A DNA stretch of 64,000 bases from Euglena gracilis (lineage: Eukaryota). The first letter of the stretch is position 1, and every line of letters begins with the position of its first letter. Positions 49,985-62,489 of the stretch are shown piece after piece. The stretch covers positions 41,285,572 to 41,349,571 of the forward strand of contig CP154954.1 in the NCBI GenBank assembly GCA_039621445.1, given 5' to 3'. The notes under the pieces are model-generated. The model saw only the letters and a list, made by a program, of their open reading frames with translations. It was not told where the DNA came from and did not search any database. The position numbers and the translations under genes are program-made.

Positions 49985-50622
49985 CTTCCCACCTGCTTGG
50001 AACTACAACTAAACATTCCAGTCACCCTGGGCCAATGGTTATACGCGCCTGGCCGGGACACCATTCGTCTGGTGGTGGCAGTATGTGGGCCCATTGGCAC
50101 CCTGGCAAAAGTTGCAAAAAAAAACTATCAATGCTGGAACGCCAGTGCCCAAATTTTGAGGAAAAGTGAAAAGTAAGAATTGCAAGCTTCAGCTTTGCAA
50201 AACTGTCACCTTTACTGCATGCAGATGGTGCTGAAAGGGAGTCTGGTGGTGGGGGGGGGTGCTTTAAAAAACTTCAAAGAAAATGCAGAAGGAAAATTTT
50301 CCTCCAAACATGGTAGCAAAATACCATTATTTTGGAGGAAGCCGCCAAATTTTCTTCTGGCCGGATTTCGCAGTGTCAAAAACTTGCTTGTCACATCTTC
50401 ATGCCAATCCCACATGAAAGCCAAGCAAAAAAAACCCAGCCAAACTGGATCCCTGGCACCCGGTTTGGCAATTCAACCCATTCTCTGCGGTATTCTTCAC
50501 CACTGAAACCCGGCACTGAGAGATGTGCAACACAACCTAATTAATAATTTACCATCCATGCATAAATTTTTGTGGAGGGATCGCCAGCTTGGGCTGGGGG
50601 TTGCCGACCGTCGTGCAGTCTG
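49985..50622 (+). pseudogene. Possible decayed retroelement ORF fragment (weak Penelope-like resemblance)
   Basis: One frame open for ~210 codons with two internal stops; segments FWRKPPNFLLAGFRSVKNLL and NPALRDVQHNLINNLPSMH...VADRRA; judged by eye only. Confidence 0.15.
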
Positions 50623-51840
50623 AAAAAAGGGGGACAAGAACTCTGGAACAGGAACAGCAGCAGAATCCATGCAGGAGGTGCCCACCATGGCGGTTCGAAA
50701 ACGGAAAACCCTTCAGAACCAGCTGGCCACATGTCATTTCAGATCAGAACCCCCCGGAGCGGGAGTGGCATTTTCAAATGCTATTGTTTTGATTTTTTGA
50801 GGAATAAATCTAACTGGCGTCAAACCTCAACAAATGGCAACAAAGCCCGAAAGCAAGACAATAATGCACGTATTATTCATCTTTGCCACAAAATGAGCAT
50901 GCATATTCGCAAATATTCACAAATTTGCACTGCAATGCCGAAAACCTGTAACCATATACCAATTGAAAAGTCAGCAAATTACCCCCCTGTCACCCTGCCA
51001 GCTGGGGACCCAAAGACCCATCTGCGCACCGCCCAGCTTCTGTGCAATGCAGTCACCCACACCTGGAAGTGGACGGGGGGAGGGAGGGGACCACGGCCGG
51101 GAGGGGGACGGGTTGCTGCCACTGCCCCGCCGCTTCAGCACCCCCTGCTCCCCACCACTAACCAGGAAAGCAAAAACTGGGACGTAAACAGCACAACTGC
51201 AATCCAATCGCAATTCTGTCACAGGGCAAATATTCTCAGATGTATGTGCATCCGTGTGTGCACGAAAACAGTTGGGGATGGCACAAAAAGCCAGGTGAAG
51301 GATTCAAAAAGAAAATGGTTCTGGACCACATTCGGGGGGGGGGGGATTTTATGCAAAATGGAAAAAAATTCCCGGCAATGGGAAAATGTACATCCCGTGG
51401 GAGCTCCTGAAGGATTTTGCAAGTTGCAGTTTGTGTTTTTTTTGCCCTGTTTGCATTTATTTGTGTTTTTGCGTCGCGCACGCTGTTTGAGGGTCCATTC
51501 ACTGGGGAGAGTGCTGTGGCCGCCCGCATCGTGAGAGGCCGACCTGAAAAGATGGATAAACAAATAAAATGGAGGGGAAGAACTACACAACCACAGGGGG
51601 GGAACAAATAAGAGTCCTCCATTCCAGAACGACTACACACCAGGGGGGGGGGCATGCACCAAGGTGCAAAAATAATTGCAAAAAAAAACGTGAACAGCAT
51701 GTAAACACCCCAGACTGCACACTTTTTTGCTGGAGAAGACAGAAAACTGTTGGCCACCTCCAGGGACTTTTTTTTCCACTTTGCAGCAGTATTTGAAATG
51801 CAACATGGTGCACGTTTTGGACTCTCTAACAAAACACATA

Positions 51841-52176
51841 CCTCCCCCCCACAATGAACACTAAGGTGACAATCCAGACGGTCCGAACGGGGGGCGTTCA
51901 TTGGGCATCAAATGTGCTTTCTGTGTGATACCTACCCCCCCCCTGGGAAACTGTCACCTGACAGGTTGGCCAGTACCGAAGACCCTGACAACTTCCTATA
52001 CTGACAGGTTGGCTAGTACCAGGGACCCTGACAGTTTCCCGGGCGGGACCCTGACAGGTTCTCGGGCATGACAGTTTCCCGGGGGAGGGGGTAGGTAAGG
52101 TTTCTGGTGACAATCTAGACGGTCCGAACACCCCCGCTCATTGGGCAAGGGCGTTCATTGGGCTTGGGGGGGGGGG
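51841..52176. mobile_element. Poly-C/poly-G-ended MITE with caatgaac/gttcattg TIR motif
   Basis: TA|cctcccccccacaatgaacac ... gcgttcattgggctt(g)n; internal direct repeat ggtgacaatc(c/t)agacggtccgaac. Confidence 0.6.
51931..52095. mobile_element. TA-flanked MITE nested in the previous element
   Basis: TA|ccta(c)ntgggaaactgtca ... tgacagtttcccgggggagggggtagg|TA; internal ccctgacag subrepeats. Confidence 0.75.
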
Positions 52177-52249
52177 CAAGAGCAGGAAAAAACGTGTCTT
52201 GCACGGTTTTTTCTTCAAAAAATGCCGGAAAAAGGTCTGTCTGGTAGGG

Positions 52250-52372
52250 ATGGGGGGGGGGAGTGATTTTTATAGCCAGATTGCATCAAAGCCAAAAAAA
52301 AATGGGGGGGGTGCCAAAAAAAAATGCGACCAGCCCCCGGGGACCAGGTCAGCTGGGTTCCCCATCAAGGTA
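52250..52372 (-). repeat. Dispersed inverted fragment of the satellite monomer
   Basis: gccagattgcatcaa...ccagcccccggggaccaggtcagctgggttcccc. Confidence 0.7.
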
Positions 52373-55300
52373 ATCAGGGGGCCACCAGCAGGGGGGAAAA
52401 AGACGCATCATTAACAACCAGTCATAACGTTCCTTTTCGGCAATTTCGTCCCTCTCTTTAGTTCTTCCAAAAACTTTTGCTCTCCTGTCGCAATTTGTCG
52501 GGATGTGTCGGGATTTGTTGGGATTTGTTGCTGGAAGTGCTGCCCTGCACCCACCAGGATTGGGGGAGGGGGGTCGATCCCCCACTGTCTATGGGGTTTG
52601 GGGATTCCCGTACTGCTGTGGGGGGGGGGGCTGCGAACCCTTGAGCAGAAGCCTGCTCCCTGTGGATGGGGCAATGCCAGGCGGCCTTGCGTTCAATGCA
52701 CAGGATACCTGACGGAGAGGCCGGCCAATGGTCGTTGGCGTTGCGGGGGCTGGGGAGTAGCCGGGGACTGGGGGCGCTGCCCGCACCCGCACCCGCACCC
52801 GCCGCTCAGACCGCCGCCGCCGCCGGCCGCAGCGTCTTCAGTGTCCCCTGGTCGTGCGCCGCAAGCCAAAGACATAGGGGGGGGGGGGGGGCGGCGCAGA
52901 CTGCGTGAGGTGGGGGCAAGGCGCAAGACAGAGACAGACAGACAGACAGAGAGAGAGAAAGAGAGAGAGCGAAAGCCACCTCCAGGTGCTTAACGCCCCA
53001 TCAGTGTAGGCGACCGGGACCGCATTATTCCTTTTTATGAGGTTTATATGCAATCAAGCCCCCCCCAATGACGTCATTTCAAGGGGAAAACACCCAGCAA
53101 GCAGAAAACAAGAGACAGGGCACATAACACTTCTGACACTTGGGAAGCTGCCTTGAACTGTTGGATGACCACACTCAATACAATAATTGCCATGATTTGT
53201 TATCATTGGTGTGCATGTGTGTGCCAGCGCGCAAGTGCAAAGAAAGGAAGGGGATTTTGAGGAAGGGGGCGCAAACCAACCACAGAAATGTGGGCAGTGC
53301 CACGGGGCACTGGATTTGGAGGGGGTTGTTGGGTTGTGGTAGGGCCACGTTGTGAAAGGCCAACCCAATAATGGAGTGGAGAGAACAATCACATGGAAAA
53401 ATGCAACATCAAAGACCAAAGATCTCATGAAAACAAACAGACGATATGCTCAAAATAGCCCAAGAGAGCTAGCTACAAAATATATAAAACAACCAACCTT
53501 CATAAAATACAACTTGTAACAAAGAATCAAATCATTTTTTTTAATTGTTGAATTAAAAAAATTGTCATGATCAAATGAACATAAAATACCATATGTCTTT
53601 GAATACTTCAAATAAAGAACAAAAGAAAAACTGAGTCAACAACAGAAACAACCAAAAAAACTTGATGGCCACAAACGACTCCCACTGTTGCTGAATGATT
53701 GCAAATTGCAATGTCATCCACAAAATTTTTGAAAAGCACAAAATTGTGAGTGCCCTCGGACGATCCATGAGCGCCCACAGACAACCCACGAAATCATGGT
53801 TGTGAGCCACAAAGTGTTTTTTGGGGGTCTCCACTTGTAGCCATAAAAACTTTTGGTGCTCACAGGTGAACCATAAAAATATCACCTTGGTGACCACACT
53901 GGACATACATAGATTTGATGGTGAAACTATCACATTTTCTTTCCCAAACCCACCCCCCTTTCACTGACCCACCCCCCTTTCACTGACCCACCCCCCTTTC
54001 ACAGCACAGCAATGGATGTCGTTTGATGCCGTAACGTTTGATGGAATAATTGCACAAAAAATGAAAACCAATGGCCCATCACCATAGCCCTTTTAGTCCA
54101 GCCACCATATGACGGGAAGTGCCCAGGGCTCTTGGATCAAAGAGGGGGGAACACCATGGAACAAAAAAAAATGGAACAAAGAAACACCAAATTCTCATTC
54201 AAAGCTCCAAGAAAGCACTCTGACCTCTTTCCACAAGCTTGAAGTTGACTGGACATCGTTTTCAAAGCAATGAACAGGCCCCATGACCATCGTGCCTCAC
54301 AAAACTCTTCAAAACACCCCCACACAGCCCATTGAAAAAGCAATTCCTCATGCTCCACCTATTTGCACAAACAGACACCCCGAAATGACACCCCGGGCAC
54401 GGCAAATAAAAAGATGATGGTGGTGGTGAAGGTGCCGATGTTGTTGTAATCGAGGAAGGGGGAGGGAGGGAGGGTTGGGTGGCGGCTGAGGCGATCCTGG
54501 GAGCTGTCATTTCACCCCTGTGTGCCCAGCCCCCCCCCCCACCCCAACCCTGTCCCCCCGGGGCCCTACGCTATGTGACAGCCCCCGCCAGGCGGGGCAG
54601 TCAGGCGACAAACGAAGGGCCGGTTGGGAATCCCGGCTACGGTGTCCCCCCTCACCCCCCCCCTACGGCCCCGCTCCCAACCGGCCCTTCTCGCGGCGGA
54701 AGGCCAAGGGGGTCCCCCTTCCCCTTGGCCGCGGTCTGCCCGGTTTGCCAGGCCCCGGGCCCTGGCCCAGCCGCGCTTAGTGGCGCCGGGGCGCCGGGGG
54801 CAGTGGTGGGGGGCAGCCTCGGGGGCGGCCTCCTTTCCAGGCGGGAGGGGGATGGGGCATGGGAGGGAGGGGATGGGGGGTTGGGGGAGGGCTGGTGGGC
54901 AGCCCACATCGCTGTGGGCCGCCCGCCAACCCTGCCCCCGGCGTGCGTGCCAACCGCTGCGTGTCGTGGCCACCGTCCCCTTTCAAACCGGAGGGGGGGG
55001 AGAGGGCGCAAAGCAGGGGGGACTGATGGGGGGCCGGCATCCCTGTGGGCCACCCACCAGCCTCCCCCTGGGAGGGAGGGGAAACTGCGCTGGGAGGGAG
55101 GGGGCGTAGATCCCAAAAGCAAGGGGATGGGGAGAAAAAGAGGCCTGGCAGATGCGCTGGGTGGAGCTGAGGGGCCGGGGCTGAGGGGCTGCCCACCGCA
55201 GCCTGCAAGGTGGGAACTGCGCTGTTGGGCTGAACCCCCAATTTGCTGGGCTTCGTTTGGCATTTTCAAGGCTGGTATTGGGGGGGGATGTGGAATTCCC

Positions 55301-55430
55301 CCAAAATAGGATCTCGTCACAGAAAGAAAACCTTGTCTGTCACCCTGCAACAGAACCCATCCTTTTGGGTATCATGCGACCTTCTAAGGTCTGCTTCCAA
55401 AACCACCCCCCATGCCCTGATTTATACCTA

Positions 55431-55843
55431 CCCCCCCCCTAGTCGTATGACCGGGTTCCTGCAACCTGTGACCGGGGGGGGGGGGGGTGGTCATAACACC
55501 CCCATAACCTGCAACCTGTGACCGGGGGGTGGTCATAGATGAGGGGGCGGTCGTAGAAATATGTGAAAACTGTCCCAAAATGGCAGATTTACCCCCCCCA
55601 AAATGTCCCATTTTTCAAAAATCCGGCGCTTCGCGCCGGCAGGGGGGACCTTATTTTGGGGGGGTCCATTTCATGGATTTTTGCTCGGACCGGCCAGGGG
55701 GGGGACTTATTTTGGGGGGGTTAAATTTTTCGCAACCTGCAACCTGTGACCGGGGGGGGTGGTCATAACACCCCCATGACCTGCAACCTGTGACCGGGGG
55801 GGTGGTCATAAATGAGGGGTGGTCGTACGACTAGGGGGGGGGG
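55431..55843. mobile_element. TA-flanked MITE (Tc1/mariner-type target site)
   Basis: TA|ccccccccctagtcgtatgacc ... ggtcgtacgacta(g)n|TA; internal repeats cctgcaacctgtgaccggggg. Confidence 0.85.
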
Positions 55844-55968
55844 TAAAAATTGCCAAAATTTTGCTGTTCGGGGGGAGGCGGGCGGCAGTGGTTCTGGCAT
55901 TGATGGGGTTTTTGGCGGTGGGGAACCCAGCTGACCTGGTCCCGGGGGCTGGTTGCGCATTTTGGCAC

Positions 55969-56236
55969 CAGGGGTGTTTTTAAGACCAGGGGGGAGGGCC
56001 CCCACCCACCCCCTGGGGGGGACCCTCCCTGGGAGGGGGTCCCGGGGGGCTCACAAAAAAATGACCGAAAAAGCGCGAAAAGTGTTAAAAAAAATGCACA
56101 ATTTCAAAAATTTTCGGTGCCAAAGGCGCTGAAAAGTATATCCCACCCCCCTACGGGGGGACCCCCCCGGGTGGGGGGCTTGGCCGGACGACCCACCCTA
56201 CTCCCCCCCCCCGGGTCCATGACAAAAAAACCCCTG
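55969..56236. mobile_element. hAT-like MITE (CAG...CTG, 8-bp TSD)
   Basis: caggggtgttttt / aaaaaaacccctg; perfect TSD tttggcac. Confidence 0.9.
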
Positions 56237-56714
56237 TTTGGCACCCCCCCGCTTTCCTGGCATTGAGGCAATCTGGCCCCTAAAACAACGCCCCCACACA
56301 CAAACACACACATACCACATAAAGCCCAGGGGGCTGTTTGCCAAGCTGCGGATGGAGCGCACATAACGGGGCTGCTGATAAAACCACGGGGAGCCTGTGA
56401 GGGGGAAATATTGAGGAGAGGCTTCCTCGAGTCCCCCCCCCCCTCTTACATCAAAGAAACGGAGTGGTTACAGGAACAGGCTATTGTCAGTTTCGATATT
56501 CCCAACCGTTCCACAGGAGAAACCACCACGGATCCCATGCATCCCAAAATCCGTCATTTGCCCAGGGCTTCAGATGATCAGGCACGATTCAGATTTTTGA
56601 GGCACCCCAGGGTGGACCCACCCCCACACGTGTTCCCTTCTCAAACACACAGAGACATTCCAATGGGGAGACACAACCTCTCAAATGACCATCAACAATG
56701 GAGAGGGTGTCAAC

Positions 56715-57402
56715 CAGGGGTTTTTTTACCCTCCCCCCCCTATGTCCAATGACCGGTAACCTCTGTCCTCTGACCGGGGGGGTGGTCGTTGGACATAGGG
56801 TAATGACCAAAAAGGTGTCCTCTGACCGGGGGGGTGGTCGTTGGACATGGGGTCAAAAGAAAGTTGGTGGGTACCCGGGTTCCTATCCACCCAAAAATGC
56901 CCAAATTTTCCCTTCCGGTGCTTCGCGCCGAAAATTTTGGGCAATTTTGACAAATTTTTGTCCAAAAAGTGTCAAAATGGCATTTTGGCCAAATTTTTGG
57001 TCAATTTTTGGGCAAAATTTTTCGTCCCGGCGCTTCACGCCGGGACCAAAAATTTGGTCAAACCTCCGAAAAGGTGTCCTCTGACCGGGGGGGTGGTCAT
57101 TGGACATAGGGGGGTCGTTGGACATAGGGGGGGGGGTAAGACCGGGGGGGGGGGGCGGGGCCCCCCCCACCCAGCCCCCGGGGGCCCCCCGGGGGGGGGG
57201 GGGGAGGGGGGTCCGGGGGACCCACAAAAAAAATGGCCGAAAAATCGCGAAAAGTGCTAAAAATAGAATTTTGCGGCGCCGAAAAGTATATCCCACCCCC
57301 CTCCGGGGGGACCCCCCCGGGGGGGGGAGGGGGTCCGGCCGACCCACCCACCCTACCCCTCCCCCTCCCCCCCCCCGGGGTCCAAACTTAAAAAAATCCC
57401 TG
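56715..57402. mobile_element. hAT-like MITE (family of 45215-45484) with a nested TA element
   Basis: cagggg... / ...cttaaaaaaatccctg; perfect TSD gtgtcaac. Confidence 0.9.
56729..57136. mobile_element. TA-flanked MITE inserted in the host MITE's left TIR
   Basis: TA|ccctcccccccctatgtccaatgacc ... ggtcgttggacata(g)n|TA; removing it restores caggggtttttttaagacc. Confidence 0.85.
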
Positions 57403-57410
57403 GTGTCAAC

Positions 57411-57688
57411 CAGGGTTGGATGGGAAGCCCTTCGGTATTGAGGTAGGTGGTAGAGGGGGTCCGGACCACCCCCCCCCCCAGATGTTGGGAGGGGGGTCCG
57501 GACCCTCCCACCCCCCCCCTCCTTGACAGGTGCCAAAAATAGCAGAAAATTTTCTTCCGCTGCGGAAAATGAGCAAAAACACCCCCTTTTGCTGACTTTT
57601 GGACATATTGCCCATTTTTTGCCCCCCCCCTCTGTGTCGGGAGGGGGGGTCCGACCCCCCCCCCCTCAAGGCTTCCCATCCAACCGTG
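57411..57688. mobile_element. hAT-like MITE (family of 9283-9729)
   Basis: TIR cagggttggatgggaagcc / ggcttcccatccaaccgtg; TSD gtgtcaac. Confidence 0.85.
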
Positions 57689-57774
57689 GTGTCAACACAC
57701 AGCAGGCTCAAATAGAGGCACACCACGTTGTTATGTCCCACGTGGCGGAAGCCAGGGGCCATACGGACTGGGGC

Positions 57775-58628
57775 CCCCGTTCCGCGCCGGGAACCCTCGC
57801 TCGGCCAGGGCGAACCGAGGCCAAGCGAGGTCATCCGACACGGGGGAGGGGATGTGGGGGCTTCGGGGGTTGAGCCGGAGGTGCGGGGTTGGGCCCAGGG
57901 TGGCCGGGGGCTTCGGGGGTTGAGCCGGAGGTGCGGGGGTGGGCCCAGGGTGGCCGGGGGCTTCGGGGGTTGAGCCGGAGGTGCGGGGGTGGGCCCAGGG
58001 TGGCCGGGGGCATCGGGGGTTGAGCCAGAGCTGCGGGGGTGAGCCCAATGCTGTGGGGGTCGGTGGTTCAGGCGGTGGGGTTCAGGTGGCTGTGCACAGC
58101 ACCCCCGTTCCGCGCCGGGAACCCTCGCTCGGCCAGGGCGAACCGAGGCCAAGCGAGGTCATCCGGGGGGGGGGGGGGGGTGCAGGGGTGGGCCCAGGGT
58201 GGCCGGGGGCTTCGGGGGTTGAGACGGAGGTGCGGGGTTGGGCCCAGGGTGGCCGGGGGCTTCGGGGGTTGAGGCGGAGGTGCGGGGGTGGGCCCAGGGT
58301 GGCCGGGGGCTTCGGGGGTTGAGCCGGAGGTGCGGGGGTGGGCCCAGGGTGGCCGGGGGCTTCGGGGGTTGAGCCAGAGCTGCGGGGGTGAGCCCAATGC
58401 TGCGGGGGTCGGTGGTTCAGGCGGTGGGGTTCAGGTGGCTGTGCACAGCACCCCCGTTCCGCGCCGGGAACCCTCGCTCGGCCAGGGCGAACCGAGGCCA
58501 AGCGAGGTCATCCGACACGGCCGGGGGGGGGGGGGGGCAGGGGTGGGCCCAGGGTGGCCGGGGGCTTCGGGGGTTGAGACGGAGGTGCGGGGTTGGGCCC
58601 AGGGTGGCCGGGGGCTTCGGGGGTTGAG
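57775..58628 (+). repeat. 50-bp GC-rich minisatellite in ~330-350-bp higher-order units
   Basis: Unit ggggcttcgggggttgagccggaggtgcgggggtgggcccagggtggccg; spacer ccccgttccgcgccgggaaccctcgctcggcc at ~57775, ~58102, ~58452. Confidence 0.9.
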
Positions 58629-58918
58629 GGGTTGGTGTTGTGGGCTGACTCACAGGCAGGCCAGTTTCCAGTGCAAGCACAGAATTCCTCTCCCCCTGGA
58701 AACTGTCTCCAGACAAATCAGCGAGTACAGGAGGTCAGGTCAGCAGGTACCAGGCTTTTTTTTACCGACCGGGGGGGGGGGGCACACCCCCGAGGGGGGG
58801 GGCAGCCCCGGGGTGCCCGTGGTCGGCTGAGTCCTTGCCAAAAGGGAAAAGAAAATAAAATGAAAAATTTTTTGAGGAAACGGGTCACTGGATACAAGGG
58901 CAGGAGAAGGTCCCCCTA

Positions 58919-59469
58919 CCCCCCCCCTTGTCCAACGACCACTGATGTTCGTCTCTGACGGGGGGGGGGGCAGGGTTCGATATAAGGACGGGGGGGGGGG
59001 GGGGGCCCGAGTACCCCCCTGCGGGCCGGGGGGGGGGGGGGGTGGGGGGGGACACCCCCCCCACCTAAACAGGTGCGCGGTCAGGGTGGCCGAATTTTCG
59101 GCCCAGCGCAAAGCGCCGGGCCGAAAATTTTTGACCCCCCAAAACGACCAAAAGTGCCATTTTGGGCACTTTTTGGGCAAAAATGTGCCAAAAATGCAAA
59201 AAATTTTCGGCGCGAAGCGCCGGAGGAAAAAATTGACCCTTTTTGGGGGGGTCAATTTTTGCCCCCGAGGGTCGGTCCGGACCCCCCTTGCAGGTGGGGG
59301 GGGTGGTCCGGACCCCCCCCTGCGGGCCAGGAGGGGGGGGGGTGGGGGGGACACCCCCCCACCTAAACCATGTACGCCCTCCTTATATCGAACCCTGGGG
59401 GGGGGTCGCTAAAATGGCCAATGTTCGTCTCCGACCAGGGGGTGGTGGTGGTCGTTAGACAAGCGGGGT
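58919..59469. mobile_element. Degenerate TA-type MITE (TIR related to 56729-57136) hosting a CAG MITE
   Basis: TA|(c)nttgtccaacgacc ... ggtcgttagacaagcgggg. Confidence 0.55.
58971..59397. mobile_element. hAT-like MITE (CAG...CTG)
   Basis: Perfect 18-bp TIR cagggttcgatataagga / tccttatatcgaaccctg; G8 on both sides. Confidence 0.88.
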
Positions 59470-59765
59470 GGACCCCAAGTCAGAGGAAAATTTACCATAG
59501 ATGGGGGTATATGGCCATTTTTGGGCTGTTTTTGGCCATTTATGCTATGTCTTGACTACGGTTGGCCACTTTTGGCCATTTTTGGACATTTTTGGGACAC
59601 TTTTGGGAATTTTTAGGCATTTTTGACCGCTTTTTGCCATGTTTGGTCGCTTTTGCCACTTTTGGCAACGGTTGGCCACACTTTGGCCCCCTTTGCCCAT
59701 TTTTGCCAGAGACAAAACAAAAAAAACTTTGCGTCCGGTCCCTTCACTCCTGGGAGGTTTCCAAC

Positions 59766-60683
59766 CAGGGTTTTTTTTTAAGACCAGGGGGGGTCCCCTC
59801 ACCCACCCACCCCCTGGGGGAGGGAGAGGTCCCGGGTGACCCACTAAGGACCCCCCTCCTCGACAGGGTGCCAAAAATAGCAGAAGAAAATTTTCTTCCG
59901 GCGCACAGCGCAGGGAAAAAAGAGCAATAAACACCCTTTTGCGACATATTGGACTATTTCCCATTTTTGATGTGCTGTTGGTGGTTTGCCCCAAAAAAAT
60001 GTAGGAAGAATTGAGGGAGGGGGGAGGGGGGGTCGGACCCCCTCCCGACACGGGGGGGGGTCGGACCCCCTCCCGACACGGGGGGGGGGGGGGTGGGCCG
60101 GACCCCCCCCTACCCGGGGGGGGGGGGGAGGAATTGAAGATAGATAAATTAGACCCGACAAAATTGGAAGCCGAAAAAATTGGTGCCAAACCTGAAAACG
60201 GCCCCAAAAAAATTGGCAGGTTTTGTATGCAAGATGACTGGAAAAAGGGTGATTTTCAAAATTTTGAGGCAGGATTTTCAAAAAAGTCCCGGAAAAATTT
60301 GGCAGGATTTCTGTACGCCAATTTTTTCCCAATCAATTTTTTCGGCATCCAATTTTTTCCCCCCCCGGTACCTCAAAACTGAGGGGGGCCAAAGATTTTT
60401 TGATTTCATGGACGGGCAAAAGGCCGGATATTGGGTCGAAATCGGTCAAAAATCCCTGATTTTTCTTTGAAAATCGATCCCAAAATGCTCAGTTTTGAAT
60501 TTTTTTGAACCCTCCTCCCAACGTCTAAGGGGGGTCCGGACCCCCCCCCCCCCCGACCACCTCACCCCCCTAGGGAGGGACCCCCCCCACCACCTACCTC
60601 AATACCGAAGGGCTTCCCATCCATCCCTGGACCCCCCACCCTCCCCCCCCCACCCGGCGGTCCAAGACTAAAGAAACCCCCAG
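59766..60683. mobile_element. Nested/chimaeric CAG-type MITE cluster
   Basis: caggg(t)naagacc at left; degenerate right end; TSD tttccaac / attccaac; internal MITE end ggcttcccatccatccctg at ~60629. Confidence 0.6.
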
Positions 60684-62489
60684 ATTCCAACCTTAACAAC
60701 CTCCCTCTCCCAAAACTGTACAGCCTTTGTATGAGCAAAAAAAGGCCTCGGTGGGACCGGGGACGCTGACGGGGGGCGTCGGTGGTGGCAGTCGGAGGCG
60801 TCGTTGGAGCAGGGGCGCTGACCAACGGATGGTTGCCACGGGGTGGCGATGGCGGTGGTGGCAGCGGCGGTGGGGCGGAGGGCGAGGGCGTGGCAGCTCC
60901 CATCACCCGGGCTGGCCAGCAGGTGCGCCAGGGGCCAGCACCACTTGGTGCCCATGGCCCTGGTGGTGGGGGTGGGGGTGGTGGGGGGTGGTCAGTGGGT
61001 GAGGGATGGGGGTCTCCCGTGCGGGGCTGGTTGGCTGTGATGCGATGCACCCCAACTCATATCGGTTGGGCTCTCCTCCGGTCCAGCCCCCCCCCCAAAC
61101 AACGCCGGGGTCAGGCTTCTTTTTAAGGCCCTGGGGGGTCCCCCAACCCAGCCCGGTGCAGGGGGGGGGGACCCCTCCCCCCAATAAAATCGGGCTGTTT
61201 GAGGCCATTTCCCTTCGCGCTGAAACCCATACCCTAGTTTCTGCTGACTTGAAAAGAAGCCAGGGTCCAGGTGATCCATTTTTGGTCCAGCGCAAAGCAC
61301 CAGACGGAAAACGTTGCCCCCCCCCCCACCAAAGCGGCCAGAATGTCATTTTGGGGCACTTGGGGGGAAATTTTGCCAAAAATGCCAAAATTTTGGCACA
61401 AAGGGGGGGTCCCCAGTGCTTTTTTTCCGGGCAGTGAAAAGTCTTCGAATCTGGGTTTGATTTGCTTCCTTTGCTGGGATGGGCCTTGACCCCTCCCTCT
61501 CGGGGCGAGGGGTGCCATTGCATCACAGTCAGCCTGTGGCACGGCCAGGCCAGAATGGGAAACACGAGGATTAGGGAGGTCGGCACCAACCCACCCATTC
61601 CTTGGGGGTGGCCACCAACGGCTCAAAGGGTTCCTCTTGTCGCGGTCAAATTTGGGGGGGGGGGCTCAAAAAAATGTCCCAAAAATCGGCACTTTGGGTA
61701 GACCTTCCAGGGGTGCAGATTTGCCCCCCTCCCGATCCGTCCATGCCCCCCCACCTGCTGCCATCCTTTGGGGGAAAAAACCTTTGTGAGGGACTAATTC
61801 CATAGGGGGTCATTTTTGGAGGCTGAAACTCATTGTGCCAAAAATAGAGGAAAAGGGGGGTTTGACCCTTGAAACCCTTGAAAGTTGCATGCAACCCTCC
61901 AAAACAAAACGTTCAGGCCATTTCCATTTTGGCCTGGGAGGGGGGAGGGGGGGGTGGGGGGCTGGCTGGGCAATCCTACGAGGGATGAGTTTGCTTCCGG
62001 TTGTGGATGCAGAAAGCGGGGGGGGGGGACCAGACCCTCTCCTCTGCCTTCCCTCAAGAGCCAACCCCAAATTCTCACCCAGAACGTTTGCTGGGAAATC
62101 TCAAACCCAATGCCGCTATTGGGCGCTGAAGGTGCCTTTTTTTGTTTGCAACAAACCAATTCTCTTCTTTTTCTGACACCAAACTCAAAAAAAAAGGCCC
62201 GATTGTTGCAAAAAAAATTAAAAAACACCAGACAAAAACTCAACCCTCCAAGGAGTGCCCAGCCAAGGCTTCCAACCCGCCCTCTGTGGGTTTGCCCTCC
62301 CCAGAGGGATGGCACACCCCAGTCTCCAGGGAATCCCTTGAGCGTCCCCCCCACCGGAGGGGGTCAGCTCAAGAAATTCCCTGCCCCAGGCCCATGGGCA
62401 CCGGGCGCCAGCCCCGGGCTTGAGCTTGGGCTTTGGCTGGCGCCAAGGATCGTAAAAAAACAACAACAAAGAAGAATAAAATTGACCCA

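Larger units (their letters stand above)
55400..56290 (+). repeat. Degenerate dispersed satellite monomer interrupted by two MITEs
   Basis: tttatacc..aaaattgccaaaattttgct..ggggaacccagctgacctggtcccgggggctgg..tttggcac..ggcattgaggcaatctggcccc in the satellite order. Confidence 0.8.

Noticed and set aside
53571-54358. Short minus-strand ORFs in non-repetitive AT-richer DNA
   Set aside because: No recognisable motif in any frame; could be a decayed element but unsupported
54479-55350. GC-rich ORFs of 230-280 aa on both strands (also 46949-47959, 50572-51534)
   Set aside because: No recognisable domain; ORF length explained by GC content; short real exons cannot be excluded without transcripts
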